Below are positions 1 through 12,108 of a DNA stretch of 64,000 nt, one piece after another (positions within the stretch are counted from its first letter, which is position 1; each line of letters opens with the position of its first letter). Made by a program: the position numbers and the translations under genes. The stretch comes from Lobosporangium transversale (lineage: Eukaryota): assembly GCF_002105155.1 (NCBI RefSeq), contig NW_019029005.1, positions 372,001 to 436,000 of the forward strand, read 5' to 3'. The notes beneath the pieces are model-generated. The model had not been told where the DNA came from, searched no databases, and saw only the letters and a list, made by a program, of their open reading frames with translations.

Positions 1-1777
1 TGGCCATATCTGCAGGCAACATCATCAATGATTTGGATTCCTTGTCCTCGTACTGCTTGGGACCCTTCCACTTCTTTTCAGTCCAGGTACGACCCAAGAG
101 TTCAGTGTAGAAGGCATTGGTGAAAACTGTGGGTGAGGCTGTCCATGGACCATCGAAACCAGAGCGATCGGTGTGGCAGCGACCCATAGCGTGTGCTCCC
201 AAAAGAGCGACAATCTCCTGATCGTTGAAGCCCATCTTGTAGAAGATATCGCGAGAGTGCTGGCCATCAGGTCTAGAAGCATCAGGGAGACGACCATCTG
301 GAGGGCAATGGTTTTCTTCACCATCGACACGACCGGGTCTCCAGTTGATAGTGGGACCGCCCTACATGAGAAAAAGTAGGAAGGGAGGAAGAGAAAAGAA
401 CACAGGATTGGTCAGCCATCGTTTTACCTTAGACATTATTGTCGTACATCCTCTATATCAATCATGTCAGTTTTCTTTTTAAGCCTACCGCCTCCTGGAT
501 AGCAGCAACACCTGCCAAAGTCCAGAGATCACCATAAGAAATCTCAGGGAACTGGTCCTTGACACGGTTCAAACGCTCGCGAGCAATTCCGAGACCAGCG
601 TTGGCACCGTGGCCAGCTTCGGGCTTGAAGCGCATGGTAGCGTAGTTGGAGCCACCATCTTTGTTGTTGATGTCAAAGGTACCGGAGGCGTGCCATGCAA
701 GACGAAGGAAGACTGGACCATATGAGCCATCATCGTAGTTATCATCTTCAATGAGGGCAGCAATGGCGTTGTAGACCTTCTGGTAATCAAGAGGCTCCTT
801 GGGCTTCTCAGCAGTAGCGGCTGCGACCTTAGGAAGCGAAGAATCTGAGAGTTTTGTTGAAACGGATTTGAATTTCAAAACAAAGTTAGTGACCAGGAAA
901 ATATCAGAAAAGGAGCAACGCCTCCGAGATGAGATGGGAAAAGTAAAAGATATTAATATTCCCGAAATGCATTCAAAAGTGAACACGGAACAGGGAACAG
1001 TGAACAGGGAACAGGGAAAGATAAATATATAAAATAAGATATGGTGACTGGAGTACAAATGTTTGATCAACTCCTACTTGGAATAAAGATACTTTTGTAG
1101 TCTGGTGTAGTATAGAGTTACAAGAGATGGGTTGATACACAATGGATAACAAGATCAGTCATGTAACCATCTTACTCAACAAAATACAAAATTCTTCCTC
1201 CCTCTTCCGATCGAAGGCATAAGAAAATTTAAACTTTGCCCCGAAGAGTTTCTGCCTCCAACTGCACACAGTTTCTTCCCCATATGACAACGTTAAGAAA
1301 AAAAAAAAAAGACAGCACTCAAGTTCAGGTTGGGAAGATAAGAGCTGAAGTGTATAGAAATAACTTTTTCTTCGTTCTTTTATGTTTCAAAATTATTCTT
1401 TTCTTGGTGTCCAAGACGCGAATCTCGGATTTTTAGGCACTGCGCAGCAGAGGGGTAAAAAAAATTTAAACTACTCTGTCCACGGGGAGATTGGTGCCTG
1501 AATTATTGCTGTTATTTTTTTTTTTTTTTTCTTTTTTTGTAATCTCTCCACTATGATCCTATACAAACTTACTTTCATTCTCAAGATAAAGGTGATAGCC
1601 AGCAGCACCAACTCCAGCACCAAGGACAGCAAAAGCTAACTTGGAGCCGAAACCACTAGAGGGAGCAGAAGCTTGGGAAGAATAGGCACGGGTGGCAACA
1701 CGAGCCGAGGTTGTGAAAGCTGCGCGGCGAGCAACAATTGCCAAGGGAGCTCGGAGGAGAACACGGGATCCGATCAT
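1..1777 (-). CDS. CCP1: Mitochondrial cytochrome c peroxidase (class I heme peroxidase), 3' end outside window
   Basis: Exons 1777-1573, 844-489 and 361-<1 joined by in-phase GT-AG introns. Exon 1 is an Arg/Ala-rich presequence plus hydrophobic stretch. Motifs [46 protein letters not shown] and SGFDGPWT. Confidence 0.95.
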
Positions 1778-2355
1778 ATTTATGTAGAGTGGAGTGAGGA
1801 TTCGAAGGGAGAAGGTGACGATGAGGTGAAGGAATGAGATGAGTAAAAAAAAAAAAGAGAGAGAAAGAGAAAGATGAGCAAGTCAAAACTTTTAGTTTTT
1901 ATACACAAGAGCGGGGAGACATGAGATTCTCCTCGACAAGTCCGAGAGGACAACAGTGAAAGTATCCGAAAACCCGAGAGAGCCCTCTCTGTGCCAGACA
2001 ACGCGCGGATGGCTTAGATCCTTTTTTTTTTTCCCTTCAGACAAACTTGATCACATGGCCATCCCTACACTCTTCTTTCATTCTTAATCTCATATCAGTT
2101 AATTAACAGTTTTGCGTCTATGGAAGACGATCATGTTAGGTGGAGCACTACACCACAGTGCTATTGCAGGTCCGACATACGCCACTAAATTAAGCGATTT
2201 CCTGAACTGAGATGTCTGTGCGCTGTAACTGCGCAGTCGTTCAGACAAAATGGCCGCTGCAGGTACGCCATTTTTTTTTAGCACAGACAACAGTTATTTC
2301 TTTAATAATATACAATGGTGGTTTGTCTAATGTGGCAAAAAATATATAAAAAAAT

Positions 2356-2396
<41 letters not shown>

Positions 2397-2461
2397 GAAA
2401 GGAAAAAAAAAAAAAAAGAAAAAATCATGAAATGAAACTATATTACAAGTGAGATGCTGTT

Positions 2462-5400
2462 TCAACCACCGCGGCGTGCGCCTCGTCCTCGAGCTTGGTT
2501 GAAATGAGATGTGGTATTAAGCCCCTTGGGTCCTAAATGGATCGTCTGCGGCTGCTGTTGCTGTTGCTGTTGATATTGTCCATTGCTTAATGTTCGGTTA
2601 GAGCTTGTAGAACCACTGACTGTCGAAGATACTCCTCCGCGGGCCTCCATATCTCTTAGACTCGCTCTCAATGCTGCGTCAAGGTCATAGGAGCCATCTA
2701 TGGATGCTGAATTCGGCGTTGACGTCGATCCTGACGGTGCGCCCGATCCAGGCCTCGCACGGAATCCGCTTTGTCCATTACTCCCACTATTACCACCATT
2801 GAGTGTTAGACTCGTAGGATTTCCTAATCCCGAATTAAAAGCATTCACAGAAGCTGACATTACTGTTGGTGAAGAAAATAGTGTTCCCGATGACGAGGAA
2901 TGTTGACTCGAGTGCTTGTGGTGAGTTTTGAAGTGGGATCCACCACTGCCTGTACCATTAGAGCAGAATGTTGGCTACTGCTATTGTTGTTTACGGATGA
3001 AGCTGGTCCTGGATGAATGAACTGTGAAAGCACGCCCGGAGTCGAAAACCCGTTCAAGGAGCTATGCTTGCTGAGGGTCGATTTAACATTACTGATAGAC
3101 CCTGAACTGGCTAGCCAGGACGACCGTGAAGGAGTATCAGTAGTAGGAGTTGAGGGTACGGATGCGGACTGAGTAGATTGACGTGAAAATGCCTGTTGTT
3201 GTTGTTGCTGCTGTGGCGATCCACGGAAAGAGGGACCTTGTGTTTGTACTGGAGAAGGTGATGGTGCATCCATTTTCCTCTGATACTCTACCAGTGATTG
3301 GAATAGGATTGCAACCTCTTGACTCTTGCAAACTGAACACAAAAACTCTGCAAAGCATGATAATATCCTGCGATAGTGATAGCCCCACTCCGTAGAAGCG
3401 ATTGCAAGAAGACACACAACTATGATGTAAAGTAGAGCAACAATAATTTCTCTTAATACCTTTATATATATATATATCCTTTTATCTTTAATAAATTACT
3501 TAAAATTAACATGTGAAAGGTTTGGAAACTTACCATACGGACGACGCGAGCTTGCCCAACCTTATCGTCCACTAGTTCGCAGCATCGGATTGCGTTTTCA
3601 ATATAAGCGTGAAGAAAGCGAGGTGAAAGTGTTGTGGCTCCAGTCAATCGATTCACTACCTCTAGTGAATGAAGAGTTAATCGTTTGGCGTGGGTCATCG
3701 TGTCCAAGTATGCATCTACGATCGAAGGCTCCGGACTGCTAAAATTGCTACTCTTTGCACTAATTTTGCCTGGGGTTCCAGTATTGCCGTTAAGTTTTGA
3801 TGCTGTCCCAGAAATATCGGTTCCATCCAGATCCGATGAAAGTTGAATCAAATACAACAGCAAATTAAACGCGATCGATGGATTATTATCAACGATCCCT
3901 GGAAGAGTCTCGGAGGTGGAAGTGGGATGTGAACTTTGGTAGAGTTCGTATTAAACTGAGAAAGCATAAACTGCGTATTGGCCATAAAAAAAAAAAAAAA
4001 AAAAAAAAATAGGTCAACAAATAAAGCCTTTGGTATTTTAAATTATTGTTTCATCCGAACAAGATGTCGATGCCATGTACCTGCTCTTGATCAAACGTCA
4101 GTGGTTGCACAGCAGCCTGTTCCATGATGGCGTTTAGCTGTTGGCGATTGACAGTAACCTCTACAGGCTTTTTAACTCTAACATTGACTTTTGCTGGCGC
4201 AGGGGCTGCATCCTCTGCATCCTGAAAATGCTTCTCAGCTTCAATTTCCCATTCTTCAAGCTCTTCTTCCTCGTCCTCTCCGTTATTATTATTATCATCA
4301 TTATTTTGTATTTGGTTTGTGGCCAAAGAACTGACGTAGATTCTCTGTTAAACCGTTGTTTGCTCCCGGTTGTCCTATGATAGCTGTAGAGCTCCCGTCG
4401 TCTCCATGTTGTTCTCTCTTGAATGAATATCCTGAGCCATCCAACTTGTCCAGCAAGTTTAATGATTCCCAGACTTCCTTATGGTGACCCGCTTTTTGGC
4501 GTCCAACACTTTCCCAACCTAATCCTAGGGTGACTTGCTCCTCCAGTGGTACTTCTGGAAGAAATCTTCCAAACGCTGAAAGTTTATTTGCTTTGATTCG
4601 ACCTCATGTGCGATTGTGATTAGCTCTGAAGGAGTACTGGGAGCTAGCTATCATGTTTAATACATAATGAGGAAGACAACTTAATAAACCATATGTAATT
4701 TTCGGTATTGCATCTCTCAATTATGGACAGGAAATAACATCCATGGTCTGATTTATTACCTCTTCTCCATCGCCACTGAGGATCACACTGACGACAAAGC
4801 GCTCTGGCCGCTGCTGTTCATCTTGTAGAGATGTGGTATAAATGTCCATGAAAAGACAAAGGAATGGATTCTGATGGATCGGAAAGCGGCTGTACAAACT
4901 GTAGAGCAAATACAAAGACGTTATTCGGATCTTGAGCGGCTATGATCAGATACCAAAACAAAAACAAAAAAGTTGGTAAATTTTAATGTTAAAAGTAATG
5001 AAATAAAAACCAGGTCCGCTATACAAGTTGAGCAAAACAGGAAATGAGAGAAAAAGAAAACGTCTAAATTTGAGGTTGATGACCGTTGACATAGCGTGCA
5101 TGTAAACAAAAAAAAAAGCCTTTCCAATCTCAGAAATCAAACAAACTTGATGATTTCCTCATGATTCACACATATCAATAATTATCATCATCATTATGCG
5201 AGCGAATATATAGAACGATAAGGAAAGATACAAATATAATGCAAATGTAAGAGATATCTCAATTTCAAGCCAACCAACTGAATATCATGATTGTTAGGTC
5301 AGGTAAACGATGAATGGATCTGGATAGTGAGAATAGTTTTTTTTACCTCTGAAGCCACAAGATCTTTCTGGTTGGCACTAGTGTTCTTCTCCGTTCCTGT

Positions 5401-5585
5401 AGAAATGCTCGTATCCGTTCCTGAACAGACTCGACAGCGTTCAAAACATCCATGAGTGCACATCCTGCCTTGAACTGCCGATTCGCCGCTAAAGTCTGTG
5501 AAAATTCGAGCGCACTCTGCTGAAGCACTTGGTCGAGATGATTCCCGAGAAAGGTTGCAAGCTCCTGCGATGGCACTGTAATCAT
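2462..5585 (-). CDS. CNOT11: CCR4-NOT complex subunit 11 (CNOT11-like), multi-exon, with apparent frameshifts
   Basis: N-terminal LYLLYSLYSRFPIHQNPF. C-terminal conserved block LTLHSLEVVNRL...FLHAYIENAIRCCE...GQARVVRMV-(intron)-CVFLQSLLR...LQSFCVQFARVK matches the CNOT11/DUF2363 domain from memory. Low-complexity tail follows. Confidence 0.85.
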
Positions 5586-5947
5586 CGTCCACAGTTATGG
5601 GTAAGTGGTCAACCAATACACAAAAAATATGAAAAATTGGAAAGAGAAAGCTTAGCACTGATAAAAGAGGTGCGTTTGCAAATATGTGCTTGGTAATCTC
5701 GATAATTATAATAAAGTGCAAAGGCTACGACGAATTGATATGCGCCTGTTACGAACTGTGGTGCCTGGCCGTATATGTTTTTTTCGGGGGCTGAAATGGA
5801 GTGTATTGTTTTGTTTAAAAAAGATGATCTCGATCTCAACGTGATAGCTCCTTAGACCTTTGTTATTGTACTATCGCTGTTCCTGTTGTTGTTGCTGCTG
5901 GGACTTTTGCTGGGTAAACTGAGTAGGTCCGTTGGATAAAAATACGA

Positions 5948-5981
<34 letters not shown>

Positions 5982-6073
5982 TTGCTTTTGATAGTTTTTT
6001 GTTTTGAGGTTGTGGCAGAGGAAAAAAAAAAGAGTGAATGTGAATGTATTAAAGCCTAGATGAAGTATTGTTC

Positions 6074-6148
6074 GCTTGTGCTTGCTTGTGCTTGCTTGCT
6101 TGTGCTTGCTTGTGCTTGCTTGCTTGTGCTTGCTTGTACTTGCTTGTG
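6074..6148. repeat. Compound (GCTT/GCTTGT)n microsatellite
   Basis: Direct reading: gcttgtgcttgcttgtgcttgcttgcttgtgctt... Confidence 0.9.
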
Positions 6149-6321
6149 TTTAATCAATATCCAAAGGTAAATGAGAGTTGCGGAAGAAAGGACGACTTGA
6201 ATATGCAGTAAAAGATAGAATGTTTTGCGGGTAATGGGGGATGTGATTGAGAGTATGTTGTTGATTTAAAAATGAAGAAAAGAAAGAAAGAAAAAAAGAA
6301 AAAAATAAAAAATAAAAAAAA

Positions 6322-6343
6322 AAGAGAGAGAGAGAGAGAGAGA

Positions 6344-6374
<31 letters not shown>
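6322..6374. repeat. Imperfect (GA)n microsatellite
   Basis: agagagagag run with two single-base interruptions. Confidence 0.85.
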
Positions 6375-6375
<1 letters not shown>

Positions 6376-7115
6376 TGGAAAAAGATGTGATGTGATAGTT
6401 TGTGATGTGTACGTGTATATTTATATATGTTTTGTTCAAGTCGCAGGGCTAAAGGCTGAAGATTACTTGCTGTTTTGCTTTCTTTTCTAAAGTGTAATTC
6501 TATTGAAGAGAAAAAGGGGAGAAGTGATGGGGAGATGAATGTTTTCAAAGTGAGTAGAACTATAGATGGACGGATGATGCAGTAAAATAGCGTGTTGTTT
6601 ACGCACTTTTTTTTTTCTTCAAATTGAATGGGAAAAATAGGAAGGTGGTAAAGGAGGTTGTTCTGAATTGTTATATAATCAAATCAAATAAAAAAGAGGA
6701 AACAGCAGTTTGTGAAGCACATGTGAGAGTGAAGGAAAGGGGAGTCAAAAAAAAGAGGTGCGTAAGGAATATGTATTTCATTCACCTATTACACAGCGCC
6801 AAGTGGCTTTTTCAAATTAATCGCGTTCATTAACATCAAACCTGAATCACAGTCACAAGCAGATCTGGGAGGCAGAATTCTGGTCCAAAAACAAAGAGCT
6901 CATGCATGAATTTGATATACCACAATTTCAGGAGCTTTCATCGTGTGGACTAATTTCCTCAGCTCTGCTGGATCTTTCCGTTATTCCAGAACAACTACGC
7001 CTCAGAAACCATAGCTGGCATAACATTCTAAGAAACTTTGCTCTGTTTATTTCACAAACTATTTTTTAATTAATTTTTTTTAAGAAAAAAAACCCCCTCC
7101 ACGTGGTTTTGTATA

Positions 7116-8770
7116 TCAAGAAGAGTCGTTGCGTGGACCACGTTGCTGGCTGGGATGATCCATAGTGGGTCCTAAGCTAGCAGGGGCAGTCGTTGTAGAA
7201 TAAGATGGGTAATTAAAGTCACTCCAGCCTTGCGTACTTGGCGGTGGCTGTGTATTTTGATAGTGCTGGTGATGCTGCTGCTGCTGATGTGTATGCTGTG
7301 GCTGCTGTGGCATCTGAGAGTGGTTATTATTAATATCCGAGGGAGCGCCACCAAATGTATTAGCGCCGCTCGTTGGACTGGAGACTGATATCCCATTGTA
7401 AGCCCAAAATCCTGAGGATTAGGACCAGGGGTTGTGGGACTGGCTGGCATCATGGGCCCGGCGAGCCACCATTATACTGGCTTGATGAAAGATGCCGTTG
7501 ATGAGACATTATGTGTGGTGACTGCTGTTGCTGATGGTGATGATGATATGTCGGACCCTGTTGCGGAGAAACCGGAGGGTTGAGACGAAGGAGACTGACC
7601 TGAATATGTTAAAAGCTCTTGGCTGCGAGACATGTATCGGAGCGAGGATGGTGATTCCGGAAGCGCGCTGGAACTACTGTTACTATTAGAGGCAGAATTG
7701 TATCCAGCGTTGGCCGAGAAGTATGAAGTACTATTTGTAAGGATGCTGGGTATGCCGCTGCGACTGTTGCTGTAAATGGTGTCGATGCTGTTGATGTGCT
7801 CCACCAAGATGTGATTGAATGGATTGATAAGCTCCTTGCTGAGAGTGCACCGAATGAGTAGATTGCTGATGATAAGATTTGATAAAGGGCTCATAGCTGA
7901 ACTCTCTGTAATATCTGTCTCGATTCTTAGATTCAAATTATTGTGGCCAAAGGTAACAGGTGAGAAATCATTATTTGGGCCGACTGTGTGCTCAAAGGAC
8001 CCGCTAACAGGCCTAGAGTGTTGATTTTGAGCAGATGATCCAGGCTTGTTAAGGACTTTATTAAATTATTATGCAGAAAAAGAAAAAAAGAATAAATCAT
8101 GTTAATGCTCGCGGATGAATTGAAATAAGGCACTCTGCTAGACGTCCATAGAATCAAGTGTGCTGTTTTCTTACGTTCATATGGTTGCTCTACAGTAGGG
8201 GGATACGAAAGTTTTGTTTGATTAAAAACTCCGGACTGATCTCAAGGCCTACCAACTCGGGCACAGACGAAGGAGTACGAAGTCTCCCTCCTAGAACGTC
8301 TTCCCTGGAATAGTACGAGATCATATGCTGAGGGACACCATTGACAACGATGGACATGGTCTTCTTGATCAAACCGTTTTTCTTGAAGTGATAAGAATTC
8401 GTTAGAGATCCAACAAGCGCGCGTTCCTTGCTTTTTTCGACCGCAGACTCTATGTCACTTGGACTAGAGCGGGAGGCTCGCTCGGAAGGCGGGTATCCTT
8501 CCTGCCGTTGCTACGCTTGTCTAGCTCGCGGTAGACTAGAAAGTTCCCAAGGATTCGCGAGGGTGACCAGATAAGACCATCAGTCCAACGTTTAATACCC
8601 GATTCACGCTCATCAAAGACAAAGACGGTTCCCGACTGGACTATACGGCGCTCTTTCTCCTGAAGGCGGCGACAAATGCGAGGCAGAAGGCCTCGACGAC
8701 ACGCTTCAAAGATAAGGAGTGTGTCTTGGGTCGTCTCGACATAACCGTGAAATGTCTCGACAATACTCAT
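7116..8770 (-). CDS. Gti1/Pac2 (WOPR) family transcription factor
   Basis: WOPRa ETFHGYVETTQDTLLIFEACRRG...VFVFDERESGIKRWTDGLIWSPSRILGNFLVYREL. WOPRb KNGLIKKTMS...QHMISYY...RLRTPS. Ser/Gln/His-rich C-terminus split over several frames, so the 3' end is approximate. Confidence 0.92.
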
Positions 8771-9019
8771 AATAAATCTGATAAGGACCAGGTTTTAAAC
8801 AGATAGGGTTGATTGGAAAACTCTCTTGGAGGGACTGCAGATGAGAAAGGTGAATGGATGAGGAAATGAGATTCTGTTAGCGTCTGATGAGGACTGGAAA
8901 GTGAGCGCGCGGTGCGTATGGTGACATTACGACTCACATATTACACACTCAGCTCCATTTTTCTCAATGTAATGTTATTTATTATTTATATCAGTTTTTT
9001 TAATACTTCTCCCAAAGGT

Positions 9020-9050
<31 letters not shown>

Positions 9051-9782
9051 GGGTTGTCACCCATCTTATCCCTGTCCGCGTCCCTCCCAACGTTCATTTA
9101 TTTTTTTAAGGGACCATAAGATGCCTCCAACCACCAATATTTTTCTGTTCCAACCGAAAAACAAGCTCAGTTACGTCTTTCTTTGGATCATTTCGTAAAA
9201 GACAGAGATCGACAGTGCATCATACATAAGCATAATTAAAGGCTTAAATTACAATGAAGACTACAGCCGGACAGCTCAATGTTCTTTCGATCTGGAAGTG
9301 GTTGTTCAAAATAAAAAGAAGTAATAAAGAAAAAAAAAGAAAAGAAAAGAAAAAAAAGAGTGACAGAAATAATATGGCAGCGGCGTGTGTTGGGCTAGTC
9401 TCCCTGATTATTTTTTTTTTCTTTTTTTTTTTTTTTTTTTTTTGTGTTTTTGGAGCGGAGAGAAACGATGACATGTTGGCCTTTTGGTGTCAGTAAGGAG
9501 AAGCAATACGTCTCACAATGCGCTCTTAACTCTTCTTTTTCCCTAATGGTCCTTCCTGTACCCGCATTATTGTATATCATTGCATGAACAAGAGCTCCCT
9601 GATCTTCCGTAAAAAAGAAAAAAAAAAAACAGAAATAAAGAAATAAATAAATAAAGTAAAAATAAAGAGGGTAGTGGTGTGTTCATAAAGGACATTGAAG
9701 CACAAATAAAAAACAATATTTTGGCAAAGAGCAATCCCCGCTTCGACCATGCGGACAAAAAAAAAAGGGAGTATGGCTAGGG

Positions 9783-9816
<34 letters not shown>

Positions 9817-9974
9817 TCCACAAAAAATAAATGGGTCCCGAAAGAATAGAAACACTTATAGATACCCATAAAGAGATAGGGAGAGATATAGTGTGGAGCG
9901 CATAAAAAAAGATTCTCGACGGGAAAGAAATATGCATTTTAGTCCGAAAGACACGCCGTAATGGATATGCTTCT

Positions 9975-10014
9975 GTGTGATAGTGTGATAGTGTGATAGT
10001 GTGATGGTGTGATA
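9975..10014. repeat. Five tandem copies of an 8-nt unit GTGTGATA
   Basis: gtgtgata gtgtgata gtgtgata gtgtgatg gtgtgata, about 1.2 kb upstream of the WOPR ATG. Confidence 0.9.
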
Positions 10015-12076
10015 AAGTTACCAAGGACAATGCGGAGCAATTGTAAAAATGCCACGAAAGCTTATAAATTCAGTTCAGTGTCCTTTTGCGCTGCCTCCAG
10101 CGATGAGCCTATGAAATGGCTACAGATGTGCTTATTGTACTGTACTACGGTTCACTTATTTGCAAATACGTAACTGAACAGGGCCAATGGCCATACGTGC
10201 AAATATGAAAAGGGCGCGGGAGGGATGAGGATAAAATAAACAATGTGTGAACCAACCTGAGCAAAGTACTTTGATTTGCAGCTTTGTTTGTTCAAAGGAT
10301 GACAATCAATTCAATACAAATTTAGGGGGAGATTCAGAAAAAAAAAAAAAGAAAGTGCTCTTTTTAAATACTTTAATTCAGCCTTGATCTTGTTGCGAGC
10401 GTAAAAATTTTAGGGTAAAAATTTCTTGCAAGAACAAGTCCAGAAAACCAAAAGTGTGGAATGAGAGGACTTTTAGGAATGAGCAAAACGATGAGATGCA
10501 ATGAGAGGAATGGATGAGGGCACTTGTAGGAAACAAGAAATAAAATAAAAAAGAAAAGACTTTTTTGATGTATTAAAGCCGCTTTTCTTTTTCATTTGTT
10601 TTTTTTTAGATAAACAATGGGTCTTGTGGATCAGATCTTTGTGCGTTAAATATTCTAACGGTGCAGCGAAAAGAAGAAGATAATGGTGAAGCACTGTGAA
10701 GTACTCACCGTTATTGTAATCAACACGAATCAATGAGGAGAGCAATAGAAGGAGGAGTAAGGTTCGATGTCAAGAACAATGAGATTATGAAGAGAAAAGG
10801 TTTTAACGAGAAGGTTTAGAAAGTGTAAATGTTCGATGCAACAACAACAAAAAAATAAAAAGAATTAGAAAAAGCTTGAAAAGCCTAAAAACTGAAAAAG
10901 AAAAAAAAAAGAAAAAAAAAAAAAAGGAAAGATGGAGAAAGAAGTAAAAGAAAAGATCACACCAATACTCCAAAGAACAATGTCTAGTTAAAAAAAAAAA
11001 AAAAAAAAAAAAAAGGACCTCAATGTTCCGTGTATGAGGATGAGAGAGAATGGAAGTGGGACCTGCATGGTTCGGTCCGCCCTAACTTTCTTTATTACTC
11101 TCACCCAAGTAACCTAATTGCTAAAGAAAAACGACAAGATTAAGGTCCTTTGCAGGAAAAGCAGGTAAGTCCGACACCGACCTTGCCCTACTCAAGAAAT
11201 TCTGTACATCCATAACTCCCCGTGGAAACCTTCCTTCAATGGTTTTCTAAGCTCTTTATTGTTTCACTTTATCTGGTGTTTGATTCGTAGTCTTTGATGT
11301 CATACCTTTCTCCTTTCTTCCACACTTGTGATCCTTAAAAAAAAAGGAGATGGTGTCTGTATTTAATATTTTGATGTTAGGAAAGATGTTCGAATGATTT
11401 TTTCTCTCTTTCTTTCTTCAAAATACGCGCAGGCATGTGCTTCGTTCTTAGAAATAGTGTTTGTCTTTAATGACCCTTGCGTTGTGCAGCATTACATTAT
11501 TCCCTACACTCTATTGACGTCCCTTTTTTATGTGTATGCCAAATCTGTCTTTAATCAACGGATATCAGTTTAACAAGAAAGCATTAGGCAAAAAAAAAAA
11601 AAAAAAAAAAAAGAAGGATCCATATTCAAGACCAGGTAACACACATTGATGAATAATGCTTCACAGGTGAAAATTGTAGACCCTAAAACCCTTATATCTC
11701 AACATGATGAGAAACTATGTTCCTGAGAAATTGTGGCCAGGAAAATGTATTACCATTCTTGCTGCGTTGGATTGCCATTGGTTCAGATTCAAAATTGGGT
11801 AACCTCTTTTATTTTTTTTTCTATTTTATTTCGCAGATGCTTATTCGAACCTTTTTTTACTCTTATTTTATTTGCCTCTCCTGTGTACATGTACAACGTG
11901 GCTATTACAACACCGGATTGAGTTTCGAATGATACCAGAAAAGAAGGACCTTGAGAGACCCTTTCTTTTTTTTTCATTTTTTCTTTCCTCCTTCTTTTTC
12001 TTTCCTTCTTTTCTTCTTCTTTTACTTTTGATCAGTGGTGCCAGTTAACCGGTAGATCACTTGACGTCTCACCAAA

Positions 12077-12108
<32 letters not shown>

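Noticed and set aside
5130..5194. Box C/D snoRNA-like ATGATGA...CTGA on the minus strand in the first CNOT11 intron
   Set aside because: Box C is part of an (ATG)n run, there is no terminal stem, and no rRNA-complementary guide is recognisable.
6150..6548. Long poly-Phe/Lys/Arg-Glu ORFs here and at 9244-10030, 41443-47294 and 57508-58555
   Set aside because: Translation artefacts of homopolymers and microsatellites.
10755..10775. GGTTCGA T-loop-like motif
   Set aside because: No cloverleaf stems around it.
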